A DNA stretch of 64,000 nucleotides, from positions 124,001-188,000 of the forward strand of contig AP026135.1 in assembly GCA_030295235.1 (NCBI GenBank). Direction: 5' to 3'. This DNA is from Fistulifera solaris. Lineage: Eukaryota. Every line of letters starts with the position of its first letter. Position 1 is the first letter of the stretch. The notes beneath the pieces were generated by a model that was given only the letters and a program-made list of their open reading frames with translations, made no database searches and was not told where the DNA came from. Both the position numbers and the translations under genes were made by a program. Positions 35,509-47,007 of the stretch are shown in pieces.

Positions 35509-36145
35509 CTTCTAGGCTCTTACAGTACAGGGAAAAGGAAAGCCAAGTTTGCATCGCTCTATATCGTTATTATGTTATTAATATGCGTTGGCGTTATTTT
35601 GTGTCATCACTCCGTCATTCCATCGATTATAGATTGACGTCACACACCGTAGTCATGACTCAAGACCAAAATCAGTCTTGATAAAAGGTGACCTGCAGTT
35701 CGTAATCTTAGTGAACCAATTTAGGAGGAGGAAAGGTGTGTCTTTTTATGATTTTAAAATGATAAAAATAATAGGCGAATGCTTTAATTAAACCCGGAGT
35801 AAGAGCATTGATTGAATACAAAGGACTCAATGCAGGACCAGCAACTCTCACGAAATCATCTTGTCTTAGCGATGGTGCTCCAGTGTCCAGTGCCGGGGTT
35901 GACAAGCGAACGACCGGGTGAACTTTACGAGCAAAAGGAACGTCTTGGGGGTTCTAATGTGCAAGAGAACGGTCTGCAAGCAACTTTGATGTTGACGATT
36001 GACACGTGAATTGAAACTCTGAGTGAGATTATTGTTATGGAATTGGGCATTTCTTCCACTTGAAACAAAACGCTCTGAATAATGCAAGAATGGCAAAGTG
36101 CGGAGAAGTCAATAACTCATTTTTATACGCCGAACTGGAGCTACT

Positions 36146-37558
36146 TTAAGAACATACTTCTTGATGCCTTTGCCAATCTAATCGTTGACAGTCAACTGAG
36201 CAATACGTGGCTTTTCGGCACCGAGAACACTTCTTCATCCTCGTATACGGGAATTTCTTTTGACATGTATCGCATTGCACTTTCTTAACCTTCTTCTCCC
36301 TTCGTTCTTCTCTATCAGCCTGTCGCTGGAGACAAAGCTCTCGATGTCCTTCTTTTGCGGCCTCCAAGCATGTTTTGCTGCAATAGTATTCTCCATTGCA
36401 TTCTCTACATTTTACCACTAATCGTACCATTTCGCCTGTTTCTGGATCCGGTGACCCATGAATCCTTCCGCAACCATTACCGCAGGGCTTACCCATACGT
36501 TCTTTAAGCCTTGGTTCCGCATGTGATTGACTGTTGGCTGCCTCCGTAGGATCAGCATGCATACTTCTCGACAGGACTACGCGGTAATCATTCTGCAACG
36601 CCTCCCAAGCACCCGAGTGCTCCCACAGATTATACAATGTCCACGCATCCAGAATGTCATCTACGTGGGGGTGTGTTTCCGGTCGTGGTGGTCCATCTTC
36701 CAAAAACGACGCTGATCCAGCCTCGGAAAGGACATCACTGGCTGGGAGTGTGAAGCACAATTTAGATTTGGTATCTGCGCAGTCTTCTTTGCTTGTTTCG
36801 CCCTTCCCACCAGCGGAGCCGCCCGGCTTTATTGTTAAGGTTAGTCCTTCCAACAAATCTTCCATACAATCTAAACATGTTAAGCGACAAATCGTCCGCG
36901 TCCCCAAAGTCATTTGCGACCCTTGCATTACTGTAATTTGCAGCAGAGGATAAAACACCATCCAGTATTCGTGGTCTTTCCGATCACCAACCCTTGGTAT
37001 GGGACCCTTGTTACCACATACTGGACAAAGAAGCAAAGACGCGACGTCCGGCCAGTCAAAATTGCCATTGGGGGCTATTTCCATTTCGTCTGCTTGCTCT
37101 TTCGTCCGCATCATGACGAGAAAGTCTTGGTAGTTTTCGGGAGTGAAAACGCAGCGGCCCCCCACCGTCATAGTCACAGGCATTGATTTCTGGGGACCGT
37201 CTATGATCGGCTCTAGTTGAAATATGGTTGCTCCTTTGAAGTCTACATCAAATGAAGTCGTGTTGCTATCATCCTTGTCTGCGTTCGGCTGCTGCGGCGA
37301 AAAAGCGGGGTTGTGATTGAGTCCTTTGTCTTGATAAATCAAAACCCTTTGCTCTGGAAGCGCCTTTATTCGCGCATCATAGTCCGCTTCGTCTTGTATT
37401 AATAAAGAGCATTTGGCTTCCAGCATCCCCGGTGTCTCTAAACCGGACCATCGAGTGTTGTTGTTATTGTTAATGTTGTTCATCGTGTCACTATTCGAAA
37501 TTTCTTCGGAGACGATATTGTTTGTTCTGCTGTCCATAATGGAAAGCTCACCGGTCAT
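36146..37558 (-). CDS. MYND zinc-finger protein (two C-terminal MYND fingers)
   Basis: KCRECNGEYYCSKTC..H..LC and CDTC..KCSRCRKATYCSVDCQRLDWQRHQEVC. Confidence 0.88.
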   Translation of the reverse strand: MTGELSIMDSRTNNIVSEEISNSDTMNNINNNNNTRWSGLETPGMLEAKCSLLIQDEADYDARIKALPEQRVLIYQDKGLNHNPAFSPQQPNADKDDSNTTSFDVDFKGATIFQLEPIIDGPQKSMPVTMTVGGRCVFTPENYQDFLVMMRTKEQADEMEIAPNGNFDWPDVASLLLCPVCGNKGPIPRVGDRKDHEYWMVFYPLLQITVMQGSQMTLGTRTICRLTCLDCMEDLLEGLTLTIKPGGSAGGKGETSKEDCADTKSKLCFTLPASDVLSEAGSASFLEDGPPRPETHPHVDDILDAWTLYNLWEHSGAWEALQNDYRVVLSRSMHADPTEAANSQSHAEPRLKERMGKPCGNGCGRIHGSPDPETGEMVRLVVKCRECNGEYYCSKTCLEAAKEGHRELCLQRQADREERREKKVKKVQCDTCQKKFPYTRMKKCSRCRKATYCSVDCQRLDWQRHQEVCS

Positions 37559-38595
37559 TCTCTTCTCTCTCTAAGCGGAAATTGACGGATGAAAAGAATC
37601 CGTCTTTAGTGATTGAAGGCTGTAAACACTCCTCTAAATAAAGACCCCAAATAATACGATGGAGATTCAGGCAGCACACCTCACCGCGTTGGCTAAACAA
37701 TCAGCTGCTCGGGTTCTCGAATAGCCAAAAATATGCCACGTATTAACTTCACGCGCGGGTGTATTTGTTCTTGTCGTCTCTTATGAGTTAATAATTCAAC
37801 AAGCAGATGAATTAGAAAAGAAAGGCTGCCTGTCTCGTACAAACACAGCGATTCATCACGGCGAGCAGCCAGAACAGCGGACGGGCTTTGATGGACAACG
37901 GACGAGGGAAAGGTCTTTCCGGCATACGACCCGCTTTTCGGAGTATGTATAGGGTCGTACTGTACAACTTACAAGCGATAAAGAATAAACAGAATAACCC
38001 ATTTCCCATTTATGCCGGCAACAGTAGCGTTTCCTAACTGGTAACAGGTACCGTATCTGGGTCATTGCTTCCACTCTTCCACTGTTTTGTATGACCTAGT
38101 AAAAAACGTCACTGAGTCGGATGTGCCCCTGGAACGCACCTCTGCTTGGTACATTTCTCTACGGAGGCCTACGTGATTGTACACTTTTCCTTTTCCCGCA
38201 CCTTCTAGCTACGTAGTAGTGGTGTGGTCGAACGGTCGAACCGTGCGTGATACGGTGGGCCCATGTCTTGTGTCTTGTGTCACTTCGGTCATCACAGTTG
38301 CTCGAGCAATTTTCGCCTTCCACATGCCGATGACCATGGGGAGGAGATGCCGAACGCAAAACTTATTCAAAGCGCGACACACGCGACAAAACAAATGACA
38401 GCTGATGCTATTTATTATTATCGTACAATATGCAACGGGTTGGTGTAACGTTGTATCTTCATAAGAAAGTCGTGGCGGCAAGAGACTTGGACTTTAAGGA
38501 AAAAAAGTGCTCCTCTTTCCTTTGACCGTGATATGATCGGAGCGGATACAAACAAATCATAAAAATGAAGGATACATGCACATGCGGCATCGAGT

Positions 38596-39378
38596 TCATA
38601 GATCACTGGCCGATTTCAACGCAGTGATAACCGGCTGATATTTCTTCCAAGCGTCACAGACGACTGGTTCGCCATGACACGGAGGAACGTGGTCAAACTT
38701 CCAGTCAAGTAAATCCACAATTTCTTTCTTGTCAGGTTTCGAATAGGAATACCACACTGGTCCAATGTTGTATGGCTTGATGAACCCCATCCATTCCAAG
38801 ATCATGCTGCTGAAGAAGCTTGTGTATTCGTCTTCCTTCGAGATGTGCTGAAACGCATCCCCCGTTATCATTACCTTTCCCTCAACACGCTCGAGAATGA
38901 TAGATGCTTCGCGAATTTTTCCGCTCTGAATGACGAGGGCATGGGCGTTGTCAAACGGGAGCTTGCTGTCTTTCGTAAAGCATTTGTCGGCATCAAAATA
39001 CGGTTTGCTCGTTCCATCAAATTCTTCGAAGTAAGGAGCGCCCGCTGGAGCCCAGACAGTCGCGCCATACCTTTCCTTGTAAAAAGGATCATCGATTCCA
39101 TGATATCCTGCCAAGCGAATGATATGTCTAACCTTTCCAAGCTTATCAAGCTCTTCCAACCCTTTCTCTGTGAGACGGATTGAGTTCACAAGGCAAAGTT
39201 CATCGTCTCCATAGCGGATGATTGTCATGTTGCGACTCATAGTCATCTTGATCAGGGGCATGGCAATGGCACAGAAGCATACGGAACCCTTCACGAAATA
39301 GATGTCTTTGAAAACTTCTTTGATCTCTCCATGAGGTAGAGCGGCGGGATGATCTCTCCTACGCTTTGTTTCGATCAT
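38596..39378 (-). CDS. Bacterial-like metallo-beta-lactamase-fold protein (DUF4336-like)
   Basis: Motifs RNMTIIR..LVNSIRL..LDKLGKVRHIIRL..HGIDD, VWAP, ITGDAF and PCHG. Intronless. Confidence 0.65.
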   Translation of the reverse strand: MIETKRRRDHPAALPHGEIKEVFKDIYFVKGSVCFCAIAMPLIKMTMSRNMTIIRYGDDELCLVNSIRLTEKGLEELDKLGKVRHIIRLAGYHGIDDPFYKERYGATVWAPAGAPYFEEFDGTSKPYFDADKCFTKDSKLPFDNAHALVIQSGKIREASIILERVEGKVMITGDAFQHISKEDEYTSFFSSMILEWMGFIKPYNIGPVWYSYSKPDKKEIVDLLDWKFDHVPPCHGEPVVCDAWKKYQPVITALKSASDL

Positions 39379-39865
39379 TATTTGTATGATTTGTTTTGCA
39401 CTCTCTTTGAAACTATGATTGAACGAAAAACGCGAGACAAATTATGAAAAATCCCATCTTTGAGAATACTTTGCGGAGCAAAGTTCGGATTTGGCTTCGG
39501 AATATGAAGCTCTCGTCACTCTTTGCCGTAGTTAAGTCCTGAAAATCAGGAGTTCTCAGTTCACATCATTAAGGGGAATAAACACGAACGAACGAGACTC
39601 AACAAAAGTTCGATTCCCACATTTTCACGCTCTTGCATCTAGTAGCAAGAGAGACGTTACTAGTGCTCAAAGTACAGCAACAATTGAGGGAGGAAAAATT
39701 CTAGCAGCATCGTAATTCGTAAAATGTTGTACGGTTAGGATAGGTCACTTCAGGAATCACTTATGATGAGATCGCGGTACGCGTAATAGGAAAAAAAAAC
39801 GTATTCAAGCCGTTCATAAACTAAAAGACAACGCTTCCTAGAGATAACTTTATATCATCATTCTC

Positions 39866-42015
39866 TTAGTCAATCTTGATTGAAGCGAAGATCGTCTGAT
39901 TGAACCATAAGGACGTAAGTAGACCAATGCAACCCATCATCATAAACAAGCCAGTCGACACGAGTCCCATGTAACCAAAATAGAGCATGTACGTCGCCAG
40001 CGTGTTCGCTTCGAGCTGCTTGAAGTAAATAATGGAATACATGAATACGTAGATTGCCGTAGATCCCGCGTTGCTAAAGGAGCGCCACCACCAGTGATAG
40101 TCCTCACTGCAAAGCTGGAAATACGTAAAGAGAACTGTAATTTCCGCACAGGTAATGACAAGGATGAAGAAAACCAGCAAAAGAAATCCAAAGACGTAGT
40201 AATAGTAGTCCATCCACACTGACGCAAGAATGTAGTAGAGCTCGACGAAGCAAGATCCAAAGGGAAGAATACCTCCAATACCAAGAGTGAAGGGAAGACC
40301 CATGAACCACGGCTGGTCCGGGATCTGTCGAGGAATGCTGCTGGTGTTGACAGGGAACGCAATCGGATCCTGCTTGTAACCAAAGTAAGCGCCCAAGAAT
40401 ACCAAAGGAGTAGAAATACCGAACCAGAGGACAATCAAAATGAGCATGGTAGTGAAAGGAACGGCATCCGTTGACTTCTCGTGCAGAGCGAGAGCATTCA
40501 TGACAAGAAACAGGGAAAACGCCAGTCCCGGGAAGCCGAGCGCCGTAGCCGTCGTAGCACGCTGCCAGTGCTTTCCTTTGAATGTCTTGTACAGTTTTGC
40601 CGTAACGTAGCCATTGACACCTCCGAGCAAAACAAAGAGGAACAGCTGCACCATGATCAAATGTCCTCGGCGTGCCGGGCTCATGAAACCCAAAGCCGCG
40701 AATACGATCACCAACAACGACATGCACAGCAACTGCGCTCCAGTACCGCAGAACACCGACATGAGCATGGGGTAATTCGGAGGTCGAAAGACATCGGCAT
40801 GCACCAACTTCCAGCCGTATTCTTCCAGCTCCTCGGCGCGCGATTCCTCATCTTGGGCGACCTTGTTGTATCGGTTGATATCGCGATGCAAATTTCTCAC
40901 CAAAATAGCCGCAATCATGGCTGAAAGGACAAAGACGATAATCATACTGTTGGCGATACTCAACCAGTGGACCTTGGCAGGAACGGCGCCGTCCATCGTC
41001 AAATAGACATCCCAGCGAGATGCCCAATGAAGGTCCTTGTTTTCCGTCCATATGACATCATACGTAAAGAGAGCGTGTCCCGAAGCGAGCTGGCCTTCTC
41101 GGCCCGACTCCGTCACCATGTCATATGTCGTGTGCGACTTGGAGTTGCGAGCGCATGAACGGATGGGATTCTTAATTTTAGCAATGGCTGGCAGATAGTG
41201 CTCATCTTCCACATCAACATCCAGAGTCTCTTCAAAGTCATGCTTGATACTGAATGGTTCTACTAGGAACTGAACAACGCGGTATTTTCCCGGATCGCCT
41301 TCGACTTCATGATAAACTACCTCAATGTTGACATGATTGTGAACGTAAGCCTTGTTATTGTCCTGGGCGACGTAACCAATCGGGAAACCTTGCCAGTAGC
41401 GCGTCGTGATGTGCTCGTCGTCCTCGACCTTGCTGGCGGCCGGCAAGTTATCGACGATCCAGTTGTTGTGGTAGTTCAAATGGATCGCCTTGGCTAACTT
41501 GGAGGGAGCGGTACCCTTTGCTCGGCCCGACCCAAATTCGCAATGCAAACCTGTTCGCAATACATGTCGGTCTTCATCTTGAGAAGGTACGGAGAATTCT
41601 CAATCCGGTCGCCCGACAAAAATTCTCCCAAGTTTTCGTTCATGCGCTTAATTCCTTCGGGTGGCTGACAAAGGAAAGACTGTAGTACTCGACCGGATAA
41701 AGAGTCTTTGTCGAAGTGACTTTGTTGACTTTTAATTCAACACTGCAAGGAATATAATAGAAAAGATGAGGAAAAAAGAACTCAAATGCAAGACGACGAG
41801 GACTAAATCGCAGACAAAAGCACACCGCACGAAGCGTGCTTCGCAACGGTCATCCTGTCGTGCTTTTTCTTGTTTACTTACGCGTCTCCTTTTGAGAACG
41901 AGCGGGGACTTGTCCCCGGAATGTAATAAGCATTTGCATAACGGAAATGTAGCGGCAGCAACAATGCAGCTACCGCCGCCCGTATCCAAAGGTTCGCACC
42001 ATCCCCCATGGTCAT
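39866..42015 (-). CDS. TM9SF: Transmembrane 9 superfamily (nonaspanin/EMP70) protein
   Basis: Signal peptide plus AYYIPG, intron 41881-41743, then ENLGEFLSGDRIENSPY, GWKLVHADVFRPP, EDYHWWWRSF and C-terminal IKID. Frameshifts at about 41675 and 41520. Confidence 0.95.
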
Positions 42016-42743
42016 GGCTTTTATTATGACGGTTGCAAAATGTTCCCACATCTCGCCAGCGCTCTGAGAGAAAAAACCCCACAGCGTTTTCGCACACGGA
42101 GTCCACGGAAGCAACCAAGGATACCGATTTTGTATGGCCAATGTTGTAAATCGAGTCCCGAACGACCAAGTGTGGTACTCATAAACCTCCCCCAGCCTAC
42201 TTTCCACCCTAGATTCAGCCGTAGTTATTAGACACCGCACTCGTCTCACCGCTACTCCCAAAAATTTAGTCTTGTAAAAAGTAGAGCTAGGGGGCTGCTA
42301 ACGACGACAAAAGCGTAATAACAAGAGACTAGATAAGATGCCACCCATCAATTTCCCCTCAGAGACTTTCCTAGCAACTTAACTGCTACTTGGATCAGAT
42401 CTCGGTTACTTTTAAAAAAGATGATTGTTACAGGCGTCGCAAGCCTTCATGTGGCTTGCCTCTGTTTCGTTGGAGGCATAGCAGGTTCAACAGTGCCAAT
42501 CCTTATTCTATTTGCCCTCTCAATACTTCGATGTGTAACACCAACGATTTGAAATGACTGATCGCTTCAACTCTATCCCTACTTCTAACTGACCCTACAG
42601 CTCTAAGAATAGGCCAATCGAAGTCTAGAGAACTTAACATCTTTACTTGTTCGCTCCGCGGTCCCATCAATGATACATATTGAACAAGATAATCGCTCGA
42701 CGACGTGTTACACATCATTCCTGACAGAATCTGCTCTGTCTCT

Positions 42744-43823
42744 TCAGTTCTTGAAGGTGGTCCACGCTTTGGCTTCATCGCCGTCACAATCCGCGAGTGC
42801 TTTCATGAAACGCTTCACTTCATTGAGTGATCGAAGCTTTTTCTGGAGAATGGGAGTATACCAATACGCATCCAAAGCGCCCTTCGTTCGTCCACTTTGT
42901 CGTTTAAATTTTTTCTTGGTCCATCCAGCGGGCCATTCGAAGCCGTCTCCCAACGTGTCGTCCGGCACGCCGCTCCATACTTCGGGTGAAGGGTCCTTGG
43001 CAGCTGGTTTGGCGGCAGTTTTTCGGGCTTTGGTCGGCGTCACTTTGGTGGCGTTCGGAGCAGGTTTGGCGGCGGCTGCGGGCTTTGCGGCGATGGGTTC
43101 TGTTGGTTTCGGAGCGGGCATTGATGCAACGGGCTTGGATACAGCCGCGGGCTTGACGTCATCGAGTTTCGGTCGTTTGTCGATTGGTTTCAAAACACTT
43201 TTGGCGGCCAAACGACGTCGGCGTTGTCCGTCGAATGTGTCATCCCGTGGAGTGATTTCCGGCAATATTTCGCCGATTTCGAAAAAATCAGCCGTCGCTG
43301 TACTCGGTTTCGGTGCCTGGGGTTCTTTCGGTTTCAGTTCCTCCACTTCTTTCGGTGCCTCGGGTTCTTTCGGTGCTTCAGGTTGCTTAGGTTCCGTGTT
43401 GAGTTCGGTGTTGGGGTTCCCAAGTGAATTCGTCGGCAGCTCAATCGTCTTTTTCGTAGGATCTCCTTTAATCCATTTGTTGATTTGACTTTGGGTTTTA
43501 TTCGCTACCTCGGCGATTCGAGATTCTCGTAAAATCGATTTGGGCGCAGCGGCAGTTTTGTGAGTGTCAATATCGGTAGTTTCGGCAGCTGGATACTCTC
43601 CGTTCGTCGTGGGCGCCTCCGCGTTAGCCACTGGGGGAGCATCTTTCACAATAGGTATATTAGGATTCGTTGTAGGAGCAGCAGCAGCGACTTCAGTATA
43701 GGCTACTGTTTCCGGGGCAACCGCTGGAGCAGTGGGGATTGCGCCATTGGCGGCGGACGGAGCTTTCGTCTTCGTTTCTGCGGATGATGATGATTCGGCG
43801 GCCGGACCTTGTGGGTTCTCCAT
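42744..43823 (-). CDS. Methyl-CpG-binding domain (MBD) protein
   Basis: Disordered Ala/Pro/Lys-rich N-terminus. C-terminal WPAGWTKKKFKRQSGRTKGALDAYWYTP..KKLRSLNEVKRF. Confidence 0.85.
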   Translation of the reverse strand: MENPQGPAAESSSSAETKTKAPSAANGAIPTAPAVAPETVAYTEVAAAAPTTNPNIPIVKDAPPVANAEAPTTNGEYPAAETTDIDTHKTAAAPKSILRESRIAEVANKTQSQINKWIKGDPTKKTIELPTNSLGNPNTELNTEPKQPEAPKEPEAPKEVEELKPKEPQAPKPSTATADFFEIGEILPEITPRDDTFDGQRRRRLAAKSVLKPIDKRPKLDDVKPAAVSKPVASMPAPKPTEPIAAKPAAAAKPAPNATKVTPTKARKTAAKPAAKDPSPEVWSGVPDDTLGDGFEWPAGWTKKKFKRQSGRTKGALDAYWYTPILQKKLRSLNEVKRFMKALADCDGDEAKAWTTFKN

Positions 43824-44231
43824 ATTAGATTAAATTACAAAAGTATAGAAAGAAGGTGCAATGTGACGGAAATGACAAAGATGATGGAAGATGGAAGCTT
43901 ACAATTGTTTCTTGGTTTGAACAGCAGTACATAGTACATTGGCAGAGCGTCTGTGGTGGTGCGGCGTGGATCGATCTCGCACGGTTTAATTTTTGGAATA
44001 CTTCCGTTGGGAAATGATGCGACGGACGGAGCTTTAAATAAAATTTAACATAGTTAGCAAAAATAATGTACATCAACAACCCAAGCCAACTAAAGCGACC
44101 TAAAAAAATGCAAACCTGATTACTTATCTACGCGACTCCCTACTCCCATTTCACCACTGATCAAACCATTAAATATCACCAAATCAAATTTAACTGGCAT
44201 ACTCTTGGTTTGAATTCTCGATTCCCTTGAA

Positions 44232-46271
44232 TCAATTGATGAGAGGCTCCCAGACCCAAAGGTTGGCGATGAACTACGTAAGCCCGACGAAAGTAGTTAG
44301 TGACAATACGAGCAAGTAATGTCAGAGTATGTACAAAAAAACGACCTACCTTTTCTCCTAATTGAACGGGTTCACTGGCGTGCTGGCTGCGATCGTCCAT
44401 GTTGCCATCCGGTAACATGGAATAAAACAAAACGGCGGTCCCTTTCTTGGGTCGAATCCGCACTCCGTCATGGAGATCGCGGGTAACCGCACGAGGGAAT
44501 ACCGTATGACCTCCTTCAAAGTCGTCATTGAGATACAATAGTAAAGTGGCAAAGCGTGTGGGCTGATACCACAGTTGTTGTGAGGGATACACAAAATCAT
44601 GATGCGCGGTATATTCTTCTCCGGCGCGATACCGCACCACTTGCAACGACTCGGCAATGGAATGACGATGTGCTGGTACTTCGTCGTCGACTGGTTTCTG
44701 AAAGAGGCGTTCGTCCAGGCGCAACAGACGTGCCGCTCTTCGATAAATGGCATCAGTGAGACTCGTGGCGTTGTTGCCGCGTTCGAGCCACGTGTTGTCG
44801 GACGAGCGTGTCGAAACATCGCGCATCATCGTGCGTTGTGAACCCGCAACGACCGTGGACGCTCGTAAACCTTCGTGCAACGCCAATTGGATCAAGGCCT
44901 CGCATTCGTGGTCGGACAAAAGTCGGGGATGGTCAACACTTTGGGCAACACCGATTCCACGCGGATATGATAATCACGTCCTTCGTCCCTATAGACATGC
45001 TTCTGATGAATGTACGATGTTTCCCACATGGGGTGTAAGGGGAACGCTCGTGGAAATTGACTCAACCACGCTCGTCTCGAGTGAATGAGATAATGTTTGG
45101 CGAATTCTTGATTGAGTTTTTGCATTTGGTACAGCAACCGTTCCTGTTGAGTGAGTTGTTGAATTTGATCGTCGTTCATCGGTTCAAAATAAAGTGTAAC
45201 ATCATCAGCCGTAACGACCCATCGTCCCACGACCTGATCCGCATCATAGACCGGTGTCATCGAAAACGATTGTCCGGGTGTCGTAGCCGTCCCTAAACTT
45301 TCAAACGGAGCGATTTCTCCTACCACTTTCCGCTCCTCCCGTCCATCCCAATAGAGCAATACGGGTTTCGGGGAAAGGTTGAAGAATTTGACACCAAATC
45401 CCGTAAATGTCAAATGCGCCGCCCGCAATGGTTTCGTTTCCAATCCGTTGGCGGACATTTTGGCTTCCGCGGTGGGATTGTAGTAGGGATACAATGTTTC
45501 GATGGACGGATCGATATAATAGTGAGTGAGTCCTCGAGTAGAGGAAGCTGATGATGATGATGATGAAGAAGAAGAAGAAGAAGAAGAAGAAGAAGAAGAA
45601 GAAGAAGAAGAAGAAGAAGAAGAAGAAGAAGCAAGTTGCTGAATACACTTTATCTGTAAATGCGACGGTAGTTGCTCCAAAAATGTCAAGACTCGTGAAT
45701 AATTGACATCTTGCCAAACATCGGCGGCATAATGCGCGTGCAGCGCCGGAAGGAATTCGTTCGAAATATGAAACTCCATGACTTTGAGAGAGGAGGAGGA
45801 AGAGGAAGAGGAAGAGGAGGAGTCTTTCGAAGAATCAAATGGGTCACAAAATGTAATGTTGGCCGTGCGTGTGTATTCGTGCAAATGTTCGTGAGCGTCG
45901 TCATACAAATGGAGTGTGGGTGCCGAGGAAGAAGAAGAAGAAGAATAAGGTACCGGCACAGCTGGTGATGGTGATTTCTTATAGGAATGAGCTGCAACCG
46001 TCGCTACAATGGCCACCAGTACAGCAAACGCATGTTGTTTCCAATGTTCCATGAACTCTTGAGTCCATGATGTCAATGATTCATTGTCCTCTTCCTCGTT
46101 TTCGTCGTTTTCATCATCGTTTTCGTTGACGTCGTCTTCATCATCATCATCGTTTTTGTCATTCTTGTCAATTCCGTCGTCAGTTTTGTTGTGATTCAGA
46201 AATTCGTCGGGATCCAGATCTTCCCAAGACGATGATGATTCCGTAATAATATCATGAGACTGATGATTCAT
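44232..46271 (-). CDS. Prolyl 4-hydroxylase (2OG-Fe(II)), TM-anchored, with poly-Ser and a VHL-beta-like segment
   Basis: Motifs ESLQVVRY..EYTAHHDF, RFATLLLYLND..GGHTVFP and HASEPV..GEK. Intron 44349-44274 gives a last exon FIANLWVWEP. Frameshift at about 44920. Confidence 0.9.
45550..45630. repeat. (GAT)5(GAA)22 trinucleotide tract encoding poly-Ser in the P4H gene
   Basis: Read directly from the sequence. Confidence 0.95.
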
Positions 46272-47007
46272 GGTTCTGAATAGGAATGAATATTACAAAT
46301 GCTTCAGAAAAGAAGGAAGGAAGGAAGAGGGCGCAGCGTAGACTGACTACCTGGTAGAGGCACAGCAATTGCACATTGGTTCTTTCGTTTCGTCTCGTTG
46401 AGAAACAAGAAATATCGCACCACCACTCATCACATGTTCGGAAGGAACGGTACTGGTACAAGTAGAGGAACAAAGGGTGGTCGAACACCTGATCGGATGT
46501 CGTAAGGGGAATCAGAAATCACGAACAGAATTCACTACAAAGTACGTAGTATTCAGCAATTCAGCACGAGGACATCCGCCACGACTCAAAACGCCTACTA
46601 GAGTATTGACGAACCCCTAAAAAAGTACAAGACACACTTTGCCAGGCGCTGTGTACAAGTACAAGAGGTAATCTTGTTTTCCTTTTTCATTTGTTGGTGA
46701 TAGATCCGATCAACTCTTTCTTTCTTTCTTTTTTACTATTCATTCATTCATTCATTCATTCAATCACAAAGAAGTTTACTTTATCGAAAACGATCGCAAC
46801 AATACGCGTGTGTGAGTGTGAGTGAGTGTGAGTGAGTGTGATTGTTTTTCGATTGATTCTTCTCCGCATAAAAAAAAAAAAACCAAAAACAAAAATTATA
46901 CGGAGTAATAAAATTGGCAACAACCCCAAAATCGCAGTACTCTCTCTACAAAGTGAAGCGAAATTGATTTCTGAAGAAGAAGAAGAAGAAGAAGAAGAAG
47001 AAAAAGT

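Noticed and set aside
42670..43488. 272-aa + strand ORF (and similar antisense ORFs at 1760-2470, 3291-3923, 14654-15223)
   Set aside because: These are shadows of real genes on the opposite strand.
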